A stretch of 64,000 nt of DNA, from positions 5,600,001-5,664,000 of the forward strand of contig OZ244561.1 in assembly GCA_965217585.1 (NCBI GenBank), given 5' to 3'. The notes under the pieces are model-generated. The model was not told the DNA's origin. It saw only the letters and a program-made list of their open reading frames with translations, and made no database searches. Of the stretch, positions 8,529 to 19,475 are shown piece by piece (the first letter of the stretch is position 1; the number at the start of each line of letters is the position of its first letter). The position numbers were made by a program, and so were the translations under genes. Source of the DNA: Candidatus Latescibacterota bacterium (GTDB lineage: Bacteria; Latescibacterota; UBA2968; UBA8231).

Positions 8529-11279
8529 CTAAGCAGTACCTAACCTAGCTTCGCTGAGAGCCTCGCTTTCAACCAACGCCTCGACGCGCACCGGACAGAC
8601 CTTTAGCTCGGCGGTGTCGGTGACGGGGTCGTACCCGGAGCCGGTGAGGATGTTGATCGGCACGTCGTTGAAGCTGAAGCTGGCAAAGACCGTGCCGCGC
8701 GGCGAGCGGGTGTTGGCCTCGGCGCGGATTTCGATGGCTCCGCGCGCGCTCGACAGGCGGCACAAGCCCCCGTCTTCAAGGCCCCAAGCGGTGATGTCTT
8801 CGGGGTGGACTTCGAGGCGCTCTTCCGCGAGCAGGTAGTCGATCCCTTGGGAGCGGCCCGTTTGGGTGCGAGTGTGGTAGGCTTGGAGCCGGCGGCCGGT
8901 CGTCAGCCAGACCGGGAATTGGGCCGAAAGAATCTCGGCCGGGTCGCGGTAGCGGATGATTTTGAAAAGGCCGCGACCGTTTCTGAAAACCCCTTCGTGC
9001 AAAATCGGCGTCCCCGGGTGGCCCTTTTCGGGTACGGGCCACTGGTACTCGCCCTTGTCGATCCGCTCCCAATCGAGGCCGGCGTAGATGGGCGAGAGGC
9101 CGCATAGTTCGTTGAACACGTCCTCAGCCGAATTGTAGTCGAAGCCGCTAAAGCCAAGCCGCTGGGCGAGTTGACTTATGATCCACCAGTCGGGTTTGGC
9201 CTCGCCGGGCGGAGGCACGGCTTGGCGCAGGCGCTGGACCCGGCGCTCGGTGTTGGAGCAGACCCCGTCGGTCTCGGCAAAGGCACTGGCGGGGAAGACC
9301 ACGTCGGCCATCGCGGCGGTCTCGGTGAGGAAGATGTCGATGACCACGAGGATGTCTAGGCTCTTGAGGGCGTGCTCGCAGTGATGGCGGTCCGGGTCGG
9401 AGACGACGGTGTTTTCGCCGTTGATGAGCATGGCAAAAATCTCGGTGCCGCAGCGGTTGAGCGCCTGGACCTTGGTGATGCCTTTGTCCTGGTCCATCTC
9501 CCGCCCGTAGAGCGCGGTGAATTTTTCCCTGTTTTCAGGCAGGTTAACCGGTTGGAAGCCGGGGTAATTGGATGGGATGGCCCCGGAGTCGCCGGCACCT
9601 TGGATGTTGTTCTGCCCGCGCATGGGGTTGATGCCGGTGCCTTCGCGGCCGATGTTGCCGGTCAGCAGGGCGAGATTGCACAGGCTCTGGACGTTGTCAA
9701 CACCGCAAATGTGCTCGGTGATGCCGAGGGTGTAGTAGATGGCCCCCTTGTCGGCCGCCCCGTACCAACGGGCGGCCTGTTCGATGTCCGCGGCGGGCAC
9801 CTCGGTAATGGTCGAAGCCCACTCGGGTGTGAACTCGACTACGTGCTCTAGGAATTGCTCAAAGTCGGCCGTGCGCGCTTCCATAAAGGCGCGATCTGTC
9901 AGGTCGTCGCGGACGATCACGTGCGCCATAGCCAACAGCAGGGCCACGTCCGAGCCGACGCGGATGGGCAGGTACAGGTCGGCCATGTGCGCGAGGTCGA
10001 TCTTGCGCGGGTCGGCGACGATCATCTTGGCCCCTCGCTTGAGGGCCTTTTTGATCCGCGTCGCCGCCACCGGGTGACACTCGGTCATGTTGGTCCCGAT
10101 GCAGAAGATCAGGTCGGGTTTGTCCATGTCGGCCAAGGGGTTCGACATGGCGCCGCGTCCGATGGAGGCTGCCAGACCGGCAACCGTGGGCGCGTGTCAG
10201 GCACGGCTACAGTTGTCTATGTAGTGAGTGCCGTAGCCTCGGCGGATGAACTTCTGCATGCAGTAGTTGGCCTCCGAAGGCGTGCGGCCGGAGGCGACGC
10301 CGTAGATGGCGTGGCGGCCGTGCTCGGCGAGCACCTTGGCAAAGCCTTGGGCGGCGCGGTCGAGCGCGGTGTCCCAGTCGGTGGGATGGAGCTGGCCGTC
10401 CTCGCCGCGGACTAGGGGATCTGTGAGCCGATCGCTGTGCTGGACGAAGTCAAAGGCGAATTGGCCCTTGACGCACAGCGCGCCCTCGTTGGCCGGGCCG
10501 TCCATCGCCGGTTGGATGCCGACGAGTTTATCCTCTTTGGACAGCAGATCCACCGAGCAGCCAACGCCGCAGTACGGGCAGACCGAGCGGGTCTTTTCGA
10601 TCTCGCCGGGCAGGTCGGCGGCGCGCAGGGCCTTTTTGTCGGCGAGGGCGCCGGTGGGGCAGGTCTGGACGCATTGGCCGCAGAAGGTGCAGGACGAATC
10701 CTTGAGCAGGCCATTGAACTCCGTGGTGATCTGCTTGTGGAAGCCGCGCCCCATGGCGGCAATGGCGTGGTCGCCTTCCTGCTCGGCGCAGACGCGGACG
10801 CAGCGGTTGCACGAGATGCACAAGTCGTAGTCGCGCAAGATGAAGGGGTTGTCGTCGGTAGGATGCACCTCGCCCGATTGCGCGCCGGCGAAGCGGCCGG
10901 AGTGGGCTTGGTAGCGATCGACGAGGTCTGTTAGCTCTTGGGAAGCGTACCCGCGCAGGGGATCCACCTCGACTTCGCGGTTTTCCGAGACGACCATTTC
11001 CAGCAGCGTCTTGCGGTGCTTCTCGATGGCCGCGGTCGCCGTTTTGACGACCATGTCGGGCGCGGCTTGGGCCGTGCAGGAGGCGACCGGATTGCGCGCT
11101 CCTTCGATTTCGACCACGCAGAGCCGGCAGGCCCCAAAAGGTTCTAGGCGCGGGTCGTAGCAGAGGGTGGGAATATCGCGGCGATGGCGTTGGGCGACCT
11201 CGTAGAGGGTCTCGCCGGGAGCAAAGGCGACTTCTTCGCCGTCTAAGGTCAGGGTGTGTTGTTGCCCATTGGTATTCAT
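8529..11279 (-). CDS. fdhF: Formate dehydrogenase alpha subunit, selenocysteine-containing (916 aa)
   Basis: Two ORFs in the same frame joined by TGA at 10197-10199 in IDNCSRA-U-HAPTVAGL; N-terminal 2Fe-2S and 4Fe-4S motifs; CPYCGVGC; PMRGQNN. Confidence 0.92.
10167..10185 (-). promoter_or_regulatory. Bacterial SECIS element
   Basis: GGTTGCC-GGTCT-GGCAGCC hairpin starting 11 nt 3' of the UGA, closely resembling the E. coli fdhF SECIS upper stem. Confidence 0.85.
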
Positions 11280-11293
11280 GGTAAGGCCCTCGT

Positions 11294-12952
11294 TCAGGCG
11301 CAGACGCGCTGTGCGACTTGGTCGGGAAAGTACTTGAGGAGGCTATCGGTGATAAAGGGGGCGGCCACGCCGAGGCCGCAGGCGCTGGTGGCCTTCATGA
11401 CGTCGCCGATGTCTTCTACTTCGGCGCGCCAAGCCGCTAGGTCCGCAGGCCCGCCGCCATCAAGCCGCTCGGTCAACCGTTGGGTGCCGATGCGACAGGG
11501 GAAGCACTTGCCGCAGGACTCCTCGGCAAAAAAGGCCATAGCTTGGCGGGCGATGTCCACCATGTCGCGGCGGTCGTCAAAGGCCATGATGCCGCCCGAG
11601 GCGAGGATCGAGCCGCGGGCGCGAATCGCCGGTTCGTCGAGGGTGGTATTAAGGTCGTCGCCGGCGAGAAAACCGCCCGAGAGGCCAGCCATAGTAACTG
11701 CTTGGATATGGCGGCCTAGCTCCGGCCCGCCGGCCCATTCGTGGAGCAAGGTGTCGAGGGGCAGGCCAAAGGGAATTTCGTAGTTGCCCGGCCGCTGCAC
11801 GTCGCCCGAGAGGCTGATGACCTTGGTGCCTGGGTGGCCGTCGAGGCCCAGCGAGCGATACCACGCGGCACCGCGTCGCACGATCGGAGGTGCCGAGGCC
11901 AAGGTTTCGACGTTGTTGACAGCCGTGGGCAAGTTTTCAAAACCGTGCGTCACCGGGTAGGGCGGGCGATTGCGCGGATAGGGATGTTTGCCTTCAAGGC
12001 TGTTGAGCAACGAGCCTTCCTCGCCGCAAATGTACGCGCCGGCACCGCGACGGATGTCGAGCGTACAGGAGAAGTCGCTGCCGAGGATGTGCGGGCCGAT
12101 TAGGTTGGCGGCGCGGGCCTCGGCTAGCGCGTTGGCGAGGATGGCGTTGATTTCCGGGTATTCGTAGCGCAGATAGATAAAGGCGCGAGTAGAGCCGGTG
12201 GCGTACGCGGCTAGGAGCATGCCTTCGATGACCGCGTGTGGATCCCATTCGAGTAGCGCGCGATCCTTAAAGCAACCCGGCTCGCCTTCGTCGGCATTGC
12301 AGACGACGGTTTTGGGCTCGCCCGGGGCCTCGGCGACGGCCTGCCACTTCTGGCCGGTGGGAAAGCCCGCGCCGCCCCGGCCGGCGAGCTGGCTGTCGAC
12401 AATGAAGGCGACCAGTTCGGCTGGCTTCCCGTCGAGGGCTTGTTGCAGTGCTTGGTACCCGCCGGTTTGGCGATAGCCGGACAGGGTGGCACGGCCCGGA
12501 GCGCGGATGTCGGCGAAGACGCATTCCTCGTAGCCGCCGGGATTGGGCACGGGCAGCGGCGAGGGGCTGGGCGCAAGGGCCTCCGCGTTGGTTCCGACCA
12601 GCACTTGATCGCCTTTGATGACCGGAATGGGATCGTCGCAGCGGCCGGCGCACGGCATGGGCGTGGCACCGGCGAGGCTGGCGCAGAGCGCGTCGGCTCC
12701 GCGCAGCGCGCATATCGGGCCGGTGCAGACGCGCGGGGCACTTTGGCCGGGAACTTGGCGGGCGAAGTGGTGGTAAAAGGTGACGGTGGCAAAAAGCTCG
12801 GCGAGGGGGATTTTCAGGCCCGTTGATACGGCCTTGAGAGCTTCTTCCGACAAATAGCCGTCGCGGTCGTGGAAGGCGTGCAGAAGCGGCAATAAGGGAG
12901 CGGTTTCGCGCTGCCAGTGTGCGACGAGTGCGTCGTCTGTAGGGGAGATCAA
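11294..12952 (-). CDS. NuoE-NuoF fusion (diaphorase subunit of NAD-dependent FDH)
   Basis: TFYHHF, CTGPIC...CAGRC, GRGGAGFPTG, NADEGEPG, GAGAYICGEE, ESCGKCFPCRIG. Confidence 0.9.
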   Translation of the reverse strand: MISPTDDALVAHWQRETAPLLPLLHAFHDRDGYLSEEALKAVSTGLKIPLAELFATVTFYHHFARQVPGQSAPRVCTGPICALRGADALCASLAGATPMPCAGRCDDPIPVIKGDQVLVGTNAEALAPSPSPLPVPNPGGYEECVFADIRAPGRATLSGYRQTGGYQALQQALDGKPAELVAFIVDSQLAGRGGAGFPTGQKWQAVAEAPGEPKTVVCNADEGEPGCFKDRALLEWDPHAVIEGMLLAAYATGSTRAFIYLRYEYPEINAILANALAEARAANLIGPHILGSDFSCTLDIRRGAGAYICGEEGSLLNSLEGKHPYPRNRPPYPVTHGFENLPTAVNNVETLASAPPIVRRGAAWYRSLGLDGHPGTKVISLSGDVQRPGNYEIPFGLPLDTLLHEWAGGPELGRHIQAVTMAGLSGGFLAGDDLNTTLDEPAIRARGSILASGGIMAFDDRRDMVDIARQAMAFFAEESCGKCFPCRIGTQRLTERLDGGGPADLAAWRAEVEDIGDVMKATSACGLGVAAPFITDSLLKYFPDQVAQRVCA

Positions 12953-13195
12953 GCTAGGTACCTTTTGTATTTAGGTGGCCGCCGGAAGGCAACCGGGTTG
13001 CTTGCGTATATAGATGAATAATTTAGTGGTTGCGCCAACTGAGGGCAACCGAGCACAGCGGCTATGGATCATTCAAAGATTTAGAGCAATTTATGCCGGT
13101 GGCATCTTGCGGCTGGAAACATTTAGCGACAGTGCTCTTTATCGTGGCGATACGAATCATGTTTTCCGCGGAATGGGTGGGGCCTTCGAAAACCT

Positions 13196-14044
13196 TTGCA
13201 CCGTCAGCTACTGGATGCCGTGAGGCAGTACTTGGTGGTGGGAGGGATGCCGGCCAGCGTGTTTGCCTACACCCGGTCCGCGTCGCCTGCCGATACCGAG
13301 GCTGAGAAACAATCGATTCTCGAGACCTTTGCTGAGGATTTTGGCAAATACGCGCGCAGAGCCGATCCCGACCGGCTGCGCAAGGTGTTCACCCGCCTCC
13401 CGCTGCTGATCGGTCAGCGGCTGAAATACGCCCATATTGACCGGGACGATCAAGCGAGAAATCTGGCCCATGCTTTGTCGTTGTTGTGCAAGGCCTTAGT
13501 CGCTTGGCGCGTCCATCACAGTGCCTGCAACGGCGTCCCGCTGCGGGCAGAAATGAAAGAGACCGTGTTCAAGCCGCTGTTCCTCGACGTCGGCTTGATG
13601 TCTAGTGCCTGTGGCCTCAACCTGCTGGACTTTACCAGCGCAACGGACGTGCTGCAAGTAAACCAAGGGAGTGTTTGCGAGCAGTTTGTCGGACAGCATC
13701 TGCTCTACGGGCAGCCTTCCTTCGTCCGGCCGGAGCTGTTCTTCTGGATGCGGGAGAAGTCCTCTTCCAATGCCGAAGTCGATTACGTGATCAGCGTGGG
13801 TACTAAAATCATCCCCGTCGAAGTCAAGGCGGGTAAGACCGGTACACTCAAGTCGTTGCAGGTCTTTCTCAAGACCAAGGCACAGAAAATAGGGGTGCGC
13901 GTAAACAGCGCTCCTCCCACTTGGCATACGGCCAGCTATGCCTTGCCTGAGATGGCGGACCAATCCTTTGAATTGGTCTCGATCCCTTTCTATCTAGTGG
14001 GGCAATTGCGTCGATTGCTCGGAGAGAAACAAGGCGGTGGCTAA
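13196..14044 (+). pseudogene. AAA+/DUF4143 ATPase, 5'-truncated
   Basis: YLVVGGMP, FLDVGL, AEVDYV, IPVEVKAG present; no Walker A/B region upstream in any frame. Confidence 0.7.
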
Positions 14045-14153
14045 TTCACTACCTGGGTGCATCGTGCGAATTCATTGGCTGACTCTTGAGAGTGCCCTTT
14101 ATTTGTCTTAATCCGCGAAGATAGGGAACATCCACCGCCTTCCACATATCGCT

Positions 14154-17100
14154 ATGGACCCAAGCCTTTCGTCTCGCTGCCTTTCGCTCGACCTTGAAGT
14201 CGGCAAGCAGGACCACCGCATTCATGCCTTCGCCGCGGTACGTCCGAATGTCGATCAACCGCTGGTATTCCAAGGCGATGACTTGGCGGCAGCATTGGCA
14301 GAACTCGACGATTTCGCTGATGGCGCGGACTTCCTGCTCGGGCACAACCTGATCAATTTCGATTTACACCATTTGAGAGCCGCAAAGCCCGATCTCCGAC
14401 TGTTGGGATTGCCGACGGTGGATACGCTGCGGCTCAACCCCCTCGCCTTTCCTCGCAATCCCTATCACCACCTCGTCAAGCACTATCAGGATGGGCAGCT
14501 CAAACGAGGGCGAATCAACGATCCGGCACAGGATGCCCAGCTCGCGCTAGATGTCTTCGATGATCAGCAAACCGCGTTACGCGATGCGCCGCTTGGCTTG
14601 CTCGCCGCATGGCATTGGCTGACCGGCACGGGACCCGACGGCGCGGGATTCGACGCCGTTTTCGACGCCATACGGTCCAAGCTCCGGCCCACCGACGCGG
14701 CAGCGAATGCAAGGATCCGCGAGCGGCTTGCGGGCATCGCCTGTCAGAATCGCGGTCGGGATGTTCTCGAGAATGCCGCCCAAAGCGGCTGGCCGCTAGC
14801 GTACGCGCTGGCCTGGCTGTCCGTTGCTGGCGGCAATTCCGTGATGCCACCGTGGGTTCGACATCAGTTCCCAGAAGCCGGTAAGCTGGTTCGCCGACTA
14901 CGGGATATGCCCTGCGGCGAGGCCGACTGCGATTGGTGCCGGGAAAGGCACGACCCGCACAAGGAGCTTAAGCGTTGGTTCGGCTTTGACGATTTTCGCC
15001 CGGAGCCGTTGAGTGCCGACGGACGCCCTATGCAGCAGTTGATCGTCGAGGCGGCAATGGCCGGAGAGCACGTTCTGGGGATTCTGCCCACCGGTACTGG
15101 CAAGTCGCTCTGCTATCAGATCCCGGCCCTGTCCCGCTACGACAAGACTGGCGCTCTCACGGTGGTGATTTCGCCCTTGGTCGCGCTCATGGCGGATCAG
15201 GTGGCGGGCCTTCGCAAGCAGGACATCGACTGCTGCGTGACTATCAATGGAATGCTGTCGATGCCGGAGCGGGCCGAGGCACTCGATCAGGTGCGTCTGG
15301 GGGACGCCGGTATTCTCATCATCTCGCCGGAGCAACTGCGTAGCACCGCCGTGCGCCGTGCGCTCGATCAACGAGAGATCGGGGCTTGGGTGCTGGACGA
15401 GGCTCATTGCCTCTCGAAGTGGGGGCACGACTTTCGGCCGGATTATCGCTACGTGGGACGCTTCATCCGCGAAAAGGCGGGACAGGCCCCGATTCCACCA
15501 GTGCTGTGCCTGACCGCGACCGCCAAGCCCGACGTGGTGGCGGACATTGGGCAGCATTTCGGGGACGAGCTTGGTATCGAATTAGAAGTTTTCGACGGCG
15601 GTGCCCATCGCACCAATCTGGAGTTCACAGTAGTGCCGACGACCGGGGGAGAGAAATTCGCGCATATCCATCAGATCCTAATGGACGACCTGCCGCCGGA
15701 TACGCCCGACGGTGCCATTGTCTATTGTGCGACGCAACGGCAGACTGAAGAGGTGGCGGAGTTCCTGCAGGACAAGGAGATCGCGGCTGACTACTTCCAC
15801 TCCAAGCTGCCACCGGAGACCAAGAAGAGCGTACAGCAGCGCTTTATCGGCGGTGAGTTGCGCGTGATCGCAGCCACCAATGCCTTCGGCATGGGTATCG
15901 ACAAGCCGGACGTGCGGCTGGTGATCCACGCCGACATCCCGGGATCTATAGAGAACTACATGCAGGAGGCAGGCCGCGCCGGACGCGACCGGCAGACGGC
16001 TCGCTGCGTACTGCTCTATGTAACAGACGACGTGGATAGACAGTTCTTCATGTCGGCGCGTTCGCGGCTCACTCGGCGAGAGATTCACGGCGTCCTAAGA
16101 GCGTTGCGCAACCTGGACCGTAAGAAGCGTCTGAGTGGCGAGGTCGTAGCCACTGCCGGCGAGATCCTCGGCGAGGACGAGGAAAAGGTCTTTGAGCGGG
16201 ACTCCGCCACCGACGATACCCGCGTGCGAACCGCCATCGCTTGGCTGGAGGAGGCGGTGCTGCTGACACGAGAGGAGAACCGAGTGCAGGTGTTTCCTTC
16301 GTCTCTCCGGGTGGATTCGGTGAAGGAAGCACGCGGTCGGTTGGCGAAGGCGGCTGTGACCGACGACTGCCGGCGACGGCTGCTTAGAATCGCCGAGACG
16401 CTGATCGATGCCGATCCCGACGAGGGCATCTCCACCGACGATCTGATGGGCGTATCCGGTCTGAGCGCCGAAGGCGTGCGTGGTGCCCTGTACGACTTGG
16501 AGCGGCTGGGCATCGCCAGCAACGATACGGCGCTGACTGCCTTTGTCCACGCGGGGGTGGAGCGCAACTCGCGGAAGCGCTTTGATGAGGCGGCGGAGTT
16601 GGAGACCGCTCTGATCGCGCAGATGCGCGAGGCGGCACCGGATATGGGCAAGGGAGATACGTCACCCCTGCATTTGCGCGTCGCCGCGCAAACCCTGCGA
16701 GATGCGGGGGTGGCCGATCCGCTGCCGGAACGACTACGGCGCATTCTCCGCAGCATCGCCCGCGACGGGCGCGGCGAAGAGGGCGGCACCGGCAGCATTG
16801 GGATGCAACAGCGGGATGTGGAGACGGTGCAGGTGACGTTGCGGCGCGAGTGGTCGGATTTGGAGGAGCTCGCCTCGCGCCGGCGCGAGGGGGCGAAGCG
16901 CCTGCTGGATCACTTGCTCACCTGCCTGCCGCCCGGGAGCCGGGGGACGGATCTACTGGCTGAGACTACCCTCGGCAAGCTGTTGGAAGCGATCACGTCC
17001 GACCTGTTTCTAAAGAGCAGGAACCCCGAGAGGTTGCTGGACCGCGCCCTCCTATGGCTGCACGAGCAGGAGGTCATTCGCCTCCACAAGGGCTTGGCGG

Positions 17101-19325
17101 TATTCCGTCCTGCCATGACCATCCGGCTGGCTGAGGAGAGGCGCGGCTTTGCCAACGCCGACTTTGCACCGCTCGATCTCCACTACAAGGGGCAGGTACT
17201 GCAGATCCACGTGATGGCGGAATTCGCGGAGCGGGGCCTCGACGACATGGCCGATGCTCTGCATCTGGCCATTGAGTACTTCAGCCTGAAGCAGGAGGAT
17301 TTCCTTCGCCGTTGGCTGCCAGATCGGGACAAGGAGACTGAGCGGCAGACTACGCCCGAATCGTGGCGAGCCATCGTCGAAAGCCTGAAGAATCCCATCC
17401 AGCAACGCATCGTCGCCGATGATCGGGAGCAGACAAACGTGTTGGTGCTCGCCGGTCCCGGCTCCGGCAAGACGCGAGTGCTAGTGCATCGTATCGCCTA
17501 CTTGGTACGCGCAAGGCGCGAGAATCCCCGAGGCATCTTGGCTTTGGCCTACAACCGGCACGCAGCGGTCGAAATCCGGCGACGCCTCATGGATTTGATC
17601 GGCAACGACGCTCGCGGAGTAACCGTGCTTACTTGCCACGCGCTGGCCATGCGGCTGGTCGGCGTCAGCTTCCAAGAACGAGAAAGGCGGCAGCTTGACG
17701 ACGCTACATTCCTGGAGGTGTTGCGCCAAGCAGTGGCGCTGTTGCGCGGCGAGGGGCTGGAGCCGGAGGAAGCGGACGATCAGCGGGAACGGCTCCTCGC
17801 GGGTTTCCGCTGGATACTCGTGGATGAATACCAAGACATCGGTGCGGATCAATACGAGTTGATATCGGCCTTGGCCGGCCGGACCCTAAATGATGAGGAT
17901 CGCAAGCTCACTCTCTTCGTAGTAGGCGACGACGACCAGAACATTTACGCCTTCAACGGTGCTTCGGTGGAGTTCATCCGTCGTTTCGAAGCGGATTACG
18001 GTCCAAAGCCCACCTACCTGATTGACAACTACCGGTCCACCGGCCACATCATCGCAGCGGCCAATGCGTTGATCGAGCCTGCTCGACAACGGATGAAGAC
18101 TGGACATCCCATTAGCATCGACCGGGCGCGTACGAAGAATCCGCCTGGCGGCGACTGGTGTGAGCTGGATTCGGTCGCTCAAGGTCGGGTGCAGACTCTG
18201 CCGGCGCGGCGCGATCCAATCTCGCAAGCGCGAGTTGCGATGACAGAGTTGCAGCGCCTCGCCACCCTCTCGCCGGACTGGGACTGGTCCACATGCGCGG
18301 TGATCGCACGCGAATGGAAGTATCTGGATCCGGTACGCGCATTCTGCGAACTTCATCGTATCCCGGTGCAGATGGGGAACGAAGAAATCCCGAGCTTCTG
18401 GCATCTGCGTGAGACCCGGACATTTGTTGAATGGCTGCGTGGACGAGATCCCCGCTTGGTGGACGGTGAGGATTTGAGCGAGTGGCTGGATGCATGTCCT
18501 CCAGGGCTTTGGATTGATCTGCTGCGGCAAGCCGTGGACGAGTACGCCTTGGAAACCGGCGGCGCGGAAGTGCCGGTGGACCACCTCATCGAGTGGCTGG
18601 CCGAGTGGGGGCGAGATGTACGCCGCCGCCAGCGCGGGCTCTTGCTGTTGACCGCGCACCGCGCCAAGGGATTGGAGTTCGACCACGTGGCCGTGCTCGA
18701 CGGAGGCTGGGACAAAGTCGACAAGGGCGAAGACCCGGACGCGCCGCGCAGGCTCTACTACGTGGCCATGACGCGCGCCCGGCAGACCCTTGCGCTCGTG
18801 CGTTTTCAGGGATCGCGCCGCGCAGGAGGTCCCGCGCGCCCGAATTTCGTAAGGGAGCCTGAACCCCCGGTGTACTCGGGGCGCTTGCACTCGCTACCGT
18901 ATGCCTTTCCGAACAACGGCTCGGTTCTGCACCGCACATCCGGTGGCTTGCAGCCGGAAACCCTAGAACTCGCACATCAATATCGGCGGCCCAGTCTGCG
19001 CGAGGTCAATCTGGGATTTGCAGGGCGTCGCCACGCCAACCATCCGGTGCATCGTGCGATTGCCGCTCTGTCGCCCGGCGATCAGCTAGAAACGCGGATT
19101 GCCAAAACTGGACCTTGGGAATTGCTGGACCGGTCGGGGATAGTGGTGGGGCGTCTTGCCCAAGCGTTTGAACCCCCACCGGGAACGCGGTGCAGGTCCG
19201 CCACGGTCTTCGCCGTCGTGGCTTGGAGCCGCGAAGCGTCGGAGTCTCAGTACCGGGACAGCATGAAATGCGATGATTGGGAGGTAGTGGTGCCGGAGCT
19301 AGTGTTTGAGCCGGAGGGCGAATAA
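14154..19325 (+). CDS. Exonuclease-like + RecQ + UvrD double-helicase fusion (1723 aa)
   Basis: DLE/GHN..FD nuclease-like N-terminus; RecQ motifs PTGTGKSLCYQ, DEAHC..WGHDFRP, QEAGRAGRD; UvrD motifs AGPGSGKT, DEYQD, VGDDDQNIY, NYRS, AKGLEF, YVAMTRAR. Confidence 0.9.
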   Translation: MDPSLSSRCLSLDLEVGKQDHRIHAFAAVRPNVDQPLVFQGDDLAAALAELDDFADGADFLLGHNLINFDLHHLRAAKPDLRLLGLPTVDTLRLNPLAFPRNPYHHLVKHYQDGQLKRGRINDPAQDAQLALDVFDDQQTALRDAPLGLLAAWHWLTGTGPDGAGFDAVFDAIRSKLRPTDAAANARIRERLAGIACQNRGRDVLENAAQSGWPLAYALAWLSVAGGNSVMPPWVRHQFPEAGKLVRRLRDMPCGEADCDWCRERHDPHKELKRWFGFDDFRPEPLSADGRPMQQLIVEAAMAGEHVLGILPTGTGKSLCYQIPALSRYDKTGALTVVISPLVALMADQVAGLRKQDIDCCVTINGMLSMPERAEALDQVRLGDAGILIISPEQLRSTAVRRALDQREIGAWVLDEAHCLSKWGHDFRPDYRYVGRFIREKAGQAPIPPVLCLTATAKPDVVADIGQHFGDELGIELEVFDGGAHRTNLEFTVVPTTGGEKFAHIHQILMDDLPPDTPDGAIVYCATQRQTEEVAEFLQDKEIAADYFHSKLPPETKKSVQQRFIGGELRVIAATNAFGMGIDKPDVRLVIHADIPGSIENYMQEAGRAGRDRQTARCVLLYVTDDVDRQFFMSARSRLTRREIHGVLRALRNLDRKKRLSGEVVATAGEILGEDEEKVFERDSATDDTRVRTAIAWLEEAVLLTREENRVQVFPSSLRVDSVKEARGRLAKAAVTDDCRRRLLRIAETLIDADPDEGISTDDLMGVSGLSAEGVRGALYDLERLGIASNDTALTAFVHAGVERNSRKRFDEAAELETALIAQMREAAPDMGKGDTSPLHLRVAAQTLRDAGVADPLPERLRRILRSIARDGRGEEGGTGSIGMQQRDVETVQVTLRREWSDLEELASRRREGAKRLLDHLLTCLPPGSRGTDLLAETTLGKLLEAITSDLFLKSRNPERLLDRALLWLHEQEVIRLHKGLAVFRPAMTIRLAEERRGFANADFAPLDLHYKGQVLQIHVMAEFAERGLDDMADALHLAIEYFSLKQEDFLRRWLPDRDKETERQTTPESWRAIVESLKNPIQQRIVADDREQTNVLVLAGPGSGKTRVLVHRIAYLVRARRENPRGILALAYNRHAAVEIRRRLMDLIGNDARGVTVLTCHALAMRLVGVSFQERERRQLDDATFLEVLRQAVALLRGEGLEPEEADDQRERLLAGFRWILVDEYQDIGADQYELISALAGRTLNDEDRKLTLFVVGDDDQNIYAFNGASVEFIRRFEADYGPKPTYLIDNYRSTGHIIAAANALIEPARQRMKTGHPISIDRARTKNPPGGDWCELDSVAQGRVQTLPARRDPISQARVAMTELQRLATLSPDWDWSTCAVIAREWKYLDPVRAFCELHRIPVQMGNEEIPSFWHLRETRTFVEWLRGRDPRLVDGEDLSEWLDACPPGLWIDLLRQAVDEYALETGGAEVPVDHLIEWLAEWGRDVRRRQRGLLLLTAHRAKGLEFDHVAVLDGGWDKVDKGEDPDAPRRLYYVAMTRARQTLALVRFQGSRRAGGPARPNFVREPEPPVYSGRLHSLPYAFPNNGSVLHRTSGGLQPETLELAHQYRRPSLREVNLGFAGRRHANHPVHRAIAALSPGDQLETRIAKTGPWELLDRSGIVVGRLAQAFEPPPGTRCRSATVFAVVAWSREASESQYRDSMKCDDWEVVVPELVFEPEGE

Positions 19326-19475
19326 TCCGCCGATGATACGACTCGTATTGCCCTCGCTGCGGAGGTTGTGTCCAATCGCATTCGCGCCGCGTGGTCCTCG
19401 TCGGTGCAAGTTGACAGCCTGCACGGGAACAGCCTTATTTGCGCGCGCTAACCAACAGCCAAAGGAGCCTGAAAA

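Noticed and set aside
10149-10199. Apparent split or pseudogene of formate dehydrogenase
   Set aside because: The in-frame UGA at the catalytic position with a SECIS indicates selenocysteine, not a nonsense mutation
13014-13223. Small ORFs upstream of the DUF4143 fragment as its missing N-terminus
   Set aside because: No Walker A/B or other family motif in any frame
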